Assembly: GCF_040719375.1 (NCBI RefSeq)
Contig: NZ_JBFDTP010000001.1
Location: 1 to 24,000, forward strand
Origin: Clostridium sp. AN503
GTDB taxonomy: Bacteria > Bacillota > Clostridia > Lachnospirales > Lachnospiraceae
Reading direction: 5' to 3'
Length of the DNA stretch: 24,000 nt
The notes beneath the pieces were generated by a model that was not told the DNA's origin, searched no databases, and saw only the letters and a list, made by a program, of their open reading frames with translations. Each line of letters starts with the position of its first letter. Position 1 is the stretch's first letter. This document shows, piece after piece, positions 21,096 through 24,000 of this stretch. The position numbers and the translations under genes were made by a program.

Positions 21096-23543
21096 CTAAA
21101 AATGGATACTCTGGAGATCTGATTTCCCACGGATATTCAGCTTGCTGTAGATCTTGTTCAGCGTATTTTTAACGGTAGCCGGAGAAATGACCAGCCTGAG
21201 GGCAATTTCCTGTGTAGTAAGCCGTTCTTTCGCAAGCAAGGCAATTTCCCGCTCCCTCGACGTCAAAGGAGAATACCCCAAAAGTTCAGCCCGCACCGCT
21301 GCAGCGCCAAAAGCAAACCGCCTTCCCAGGAGACGTACCTGCTCCAGAGCGGTCTCATCCTGGCAGGAAAGCGCACAATCCCCCAGAATTCCAGACAGAT
21401 TGGCATAATATTCTGCAATTGGCAGATAAACCTTATCGGGAATCGCCAGGGCCAGCGCACGCTCAACGCACTCCCGCGCCATAGTCCGATCGCCTGCTTC
21501 CTCATAGTAGGCTGCCTGCTCCAACCAGATATAAAGTATGGGAAGCAAATGGTGAAATTCTTTACTTTCCTGAATAAAAGCTGCCGCCGCCCCGGTAAAT
21601 TCTTCCCGTTTATGCCGACGCAGCCCCCGTAGAGTGATAATATGGGCAAAGGGAATGCTGATCGGGTAAAGCTGCTGCCTGACCGCTTCCTTACGGAATA
21701 ACCACTGGGGAATCTGCTCTTCTATGTCCAGTAAAAAATAAAGATAAGCCAGACAGACCTCCGCAGCTGTCACACAGCGAAACTCTTTCCCCTTAAACGC
21801 ATGCCGCTCAATAGCGCTTACTGCCGCTGAAAAACACTCTGCATCGCCTTGCAGCAATGCCCGCCGGGCCGTTAAGGTCAGAGTACAAAAATAGATGCTG
21901 TCCTGACCATGTTCGGCAGCAATAAATTTTGCCTGACTGGTAAACATCTTACACTCATTTTCATCTCCTGAGAGAAGGCGCGCCTCCGCATACATTACCT
22001 CCGGCGCACCAAGTCCTTTTCCTCCGCCAATAACCGCATAGCGCGGTACTCCCTCCCGCACCAGTTGAATCGTTTCCGCAAGCTTTCCCGGCTCCCGCCA
22101 GAACATATACACCACGCTGGGAATCTCAAAGGTCCAGGAATCATTAGTCAGATAGAAATCCCTCGGATCATCCAGCAATTCATATACCGCATCGTGATGG
22201 CGGCACATGCCAGCCACATCATTAAACGCCTGAAAAGATGCAATCAGCTCAAGCGCCGCTTCCACGAACTTCTGCTGCCGGACCTCCGGCATCTCCCGAA
22301 GCTGCATCAACCGGGTGATTGCAGTCCGGGCCAATGTGATTTTGCCGTTGAGACTGGCCTTGATAGCTGAACCAAGCAAAAGCTGCCATTTATCCACCAA
22401 CAACTCCTTGGAACACCGGAAAAACAGAGCATTCAGCTGATCCGTTTTCGTCCGCACCAGCTCGGCAAGCTGCAGGCTGTTCAGTGTCACGGCAAGAGCC
22501 GCCTCATCATTTCCGGACTGAACAAAAAACAGGATAGCTTCCACGTTTTTCCTCTGGGTCAAACAAGCCTCCCCCGCCCGGCCCCACATCATTTTACGGA
22601 AATCGTCATCCCGCGCCGACATCTTTGCAGACAGGTATTCTTTCAGAAGCCCGTGTAAAATATACTCCGCTCCCTCCCGGTGAACAAGCGGATTGCGCCG
22701 CACAATGTTCCACAATGCATCCGGAACTGTTTTGTGTCCTGAAATGCGCGCCGCCTGCGCCTCTGTAAACGTATCCAGCAGAGACAGGCCCAGGAAAAAC
22801 GAGCGCTGGCCGGCATCCAGCGCTCCCCAAAAGGACCGTTCCATCAGTTCATCAATTCCCACCTGTTCACTCATTCTGCCGCTTGCCAGATATTGTGTGA
22901 GATGAAGCCGCAGGGCTGCTGCCCATCCTCCTGTCAGTTCATACAGCCGCTCCGCTTCCTCCGCTCGGATCTCCACGCCATTTTTTCCAAATAACTTCCG
23001 AATGTCTTCTGTTTGAAAACAAAATACATCCTGAAAAATCTGACCAATATGCGGGTTAGAAATAGAGCTTACCGTTTCTGTGCATATGGGTTGAGTCAGG
23101 ACAACCAGATGAAGCCTCCTGCAATGGTGTGCCGCCAGCGCATCCAACAAACGGTAGGGTGCCGGAAACCCTGCCAACTGATAGTTATCAATGACTAAAA
23201 TCGTTTCCGTGTCACAGGATAAACCATCCATCAGGAGTGCAATACTTCCAATATTGTCCAACGTAGGGGAAGTGATCTTAGACAGAAAATCACCTGTATG
23301 CGCATCGGCAGAAGACAAAAGCGTGCAAATCCCGGACCATGCACGTTCCGGCGGCTCCCCGAAACAGGTATACCAGCGGCAAACCTTATCCTGCCGGTGT
23401 TTGTCCAGAAAGCAGGATACTGCGGTCGTTTTGCCAAATCCCGATCCAGCCGTAATCAGCGTTAACGGAAGAGATAAGATCGATTTCAACGCGTTTTTTA
23501 AGCGGGGAGGGAAGAAAAAAATATTGGTTGGGATTGTTTTCAA
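21096..23543 (-). CDS. Large ATP-binding LuxR-family regulator (MalT/LAL-type STAND NTPase with C-terminal LuxR HTH)
   Basis: The N-terminal Walker A is AGSGFGKTTAV, followed by a long helical (TPR-like) middle region. The C-terminal GerE/LuxR HTH is LTSREREIALLAKERLTTQEIALRLVISPATVKNTLNKIYSKLNI. The start is TTG at 23543 with GAAGGGGG upstream; no in-frame ATG precedes the Walker A. Confidence 0.85.
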   Translation of the reverse strand: MKTIPTNIFFFPPRLKNALKSILSLPLTLITAGSGFGKTTAVSCFLDKHRQDKVCRWYTCFGEPPERAWSGICTLLSSADAHTGDFLSKITSPTLDNIGSIALLMDGLSCDTETILVIDNYQLAGFPAPYRLLDALAAHHCRRLHLVVLTQPICTETVSSISNPHIGQIFQDVFCFQTEDIRKLFGKNGVEIRAEEAERLYELTGGWAAALRLHLTQYLASGRMSEQVGIDELMERSFWGALDAGQRSFFLGLSLLDTFTEAQAARISGHKTVPDALWNIVRRNPLVHREGAEYILHGLLKEYLSAKMSARDDDFRKMMWGRAGEACLTQRKNVEAILFFVQSGNDEAALAVTLNSLQLAELVRTKTDQLNALFFRCSKELLVDKWQLLLGSAIKASLNGKITLARTAITRLMQLREMPEVRQQKFVEAALELIASFQAFNDVAGMCRHHDAVYELLDDPRDFYLTNDSWTFEIPSVVYMFWREPGKLAETIQLVREGVPRYAVIGGGKGLGAPEVMYAEARLLSGDENECKMFTSQAKFIAAEHGQDSIYFCTLTLTARRALLQGDAECFSAAVSAIERHAFKGKEFRCVTAAEVCLAYLYFLLDIEEQIPQWLFRKEAVRQQLYPISIPFAHIITLRGLRRHKREEFTGAAAAFIQESKEFHHLLPILYIWLEQAAYYEEAGDRTMARECVERALALAIPDKVYLPIAEYYANLSGILGDCALSCQDETALEQVRLLGRRFAFGAAAVRAELLGYSPLTSREREIALLAKERLTTQEIALRLVISPATVKNTLNKIYSKLNIRGKSDLQSIHF

Positions 23544-23676
23544 TTGGTTTTGCCCCCTTCACTGACATGTGTTATGGTAATTGTACCATAGGCATGGGGG
23601 GTTGGGAAGGAAGCGTTTATGGTAGTATGGCGACTATTGCCTGCATAATCCGATACAAAATAAAATTTATACATCT

Positions 23677-24000
23677 TCACTCAAAAATATCCCCACTGGC
23701 AATATCCCATAAAAGCTGCAGCATTACCGCGGCAATATTTATAGAGAGATAATCGAATGTGGTGCTATTCCCATGCATAATGCAATTACGGATATTCATC
23801 CGTTTTACATCAAACAGATCCTTCAAAAGTTCAAAATATTCCGGTACGATTTCTTTTTCCGCATAATCCGAGTGCAGTATAGTCCCGATCGTAATAGGCT
23901 TATTTCTGTCCATTCCTGTTAAAATTGCCCGCTTATCTTTCGTATCATCTATAAGAGCATGGCTCACGAACATCTGATAAACCTTATTCATGGTTTGATG
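23677..24000 (-). CDS. Hypothetical protein with HEPN-like Rx4H motif; the reading frame is open to the window edge, so it is probably 5'-truncated here
   Basis: The track ORF 23677..23991 starts at an internal Met, and the three codons upstream to base 24000 contain no stop. The motif NIRNCIMHG fits the R-x4-6-H HEPN signature. The gene looks AT-rich compared with its neighbours. Confidence 0.4.
   Translation of the reverse strand, partial: HQTMNKVYQMFVSHALIDDTKDKRAILTGMDRNKPITIGTILHSDYAEKEIVPEYFELLKDLFDVKRMNIRNCIMHGNSTTFDYLSINIAAVMLQLLWDIASGDIFE

Noticed and set aside
1-24000. Mobile element or prophage borders that might explain the composition shifts at about 1-1900, 17000-23500 and 23677-24000
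   Set aside because: I found no transposase, integrase, recombinase, tRNA attachment site or long terminal repeats in the window. The composition shifts are recorded as observations only.

Overview
The window looks like chromosome from a Gram-positive, Clostridia-like anaerobe, judging by GGAGG-type RBSs, a clostridial-style AgrD peptide and the sugar and glycosidase operons; this taxonomic call is low confidence. I found no rRNA, tRNA, CRISPR array, transposase or integrase. From left to right there are five regions. (1) 148-2659 (+) holds an agr-type peptide quorum-sensing locus in an unusual order: a small XRE HTH regulator translationally coupled to an AgrC-like kinase, then a 55-aa AgrD autoinducer precursor (below the ORF-track cutoff), then AgrB. 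No AgrA/LytTR gene is visible. (2) 2693-9767 (-) is a six-gene CUT2-type sugar ABC operon: ROK regulator, BadF-type kinase, binding lipoprotein, permease, YhfX-like PLP enzyme and a double ATPase. It sits behind a near-consensus promoter with a perfect palindrome. (3) 9908-16850 (-) is a glycoside operon: GH2, then a permuted GH3 anchored at both ends, then a GPH symporter. A 33-bp tandem repeat lies between the GH3 and transporter genes. (4) 17028-18716 (+) encodes an AAA-ATPase-like/PD-(D/E)xK protein. (5) 18853-23543 (-) is the most interesting part, a compact candidate RiPP gene cluster. It has a large MalT/LAL-type LuxR regulator, a 75-aa precursor with a Nif11-like leader, a GNAT acetyltransferase and a radical SAM/SPASM maturase. 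No protease or exporter is visible, and a 13-bp perfect inverted repeat brackets the precursor ORF. The window ends inside a low-GC gene with an HEPN-like Rx4H motif. All functional calls come from motif recognition by eye; no database search was possible.
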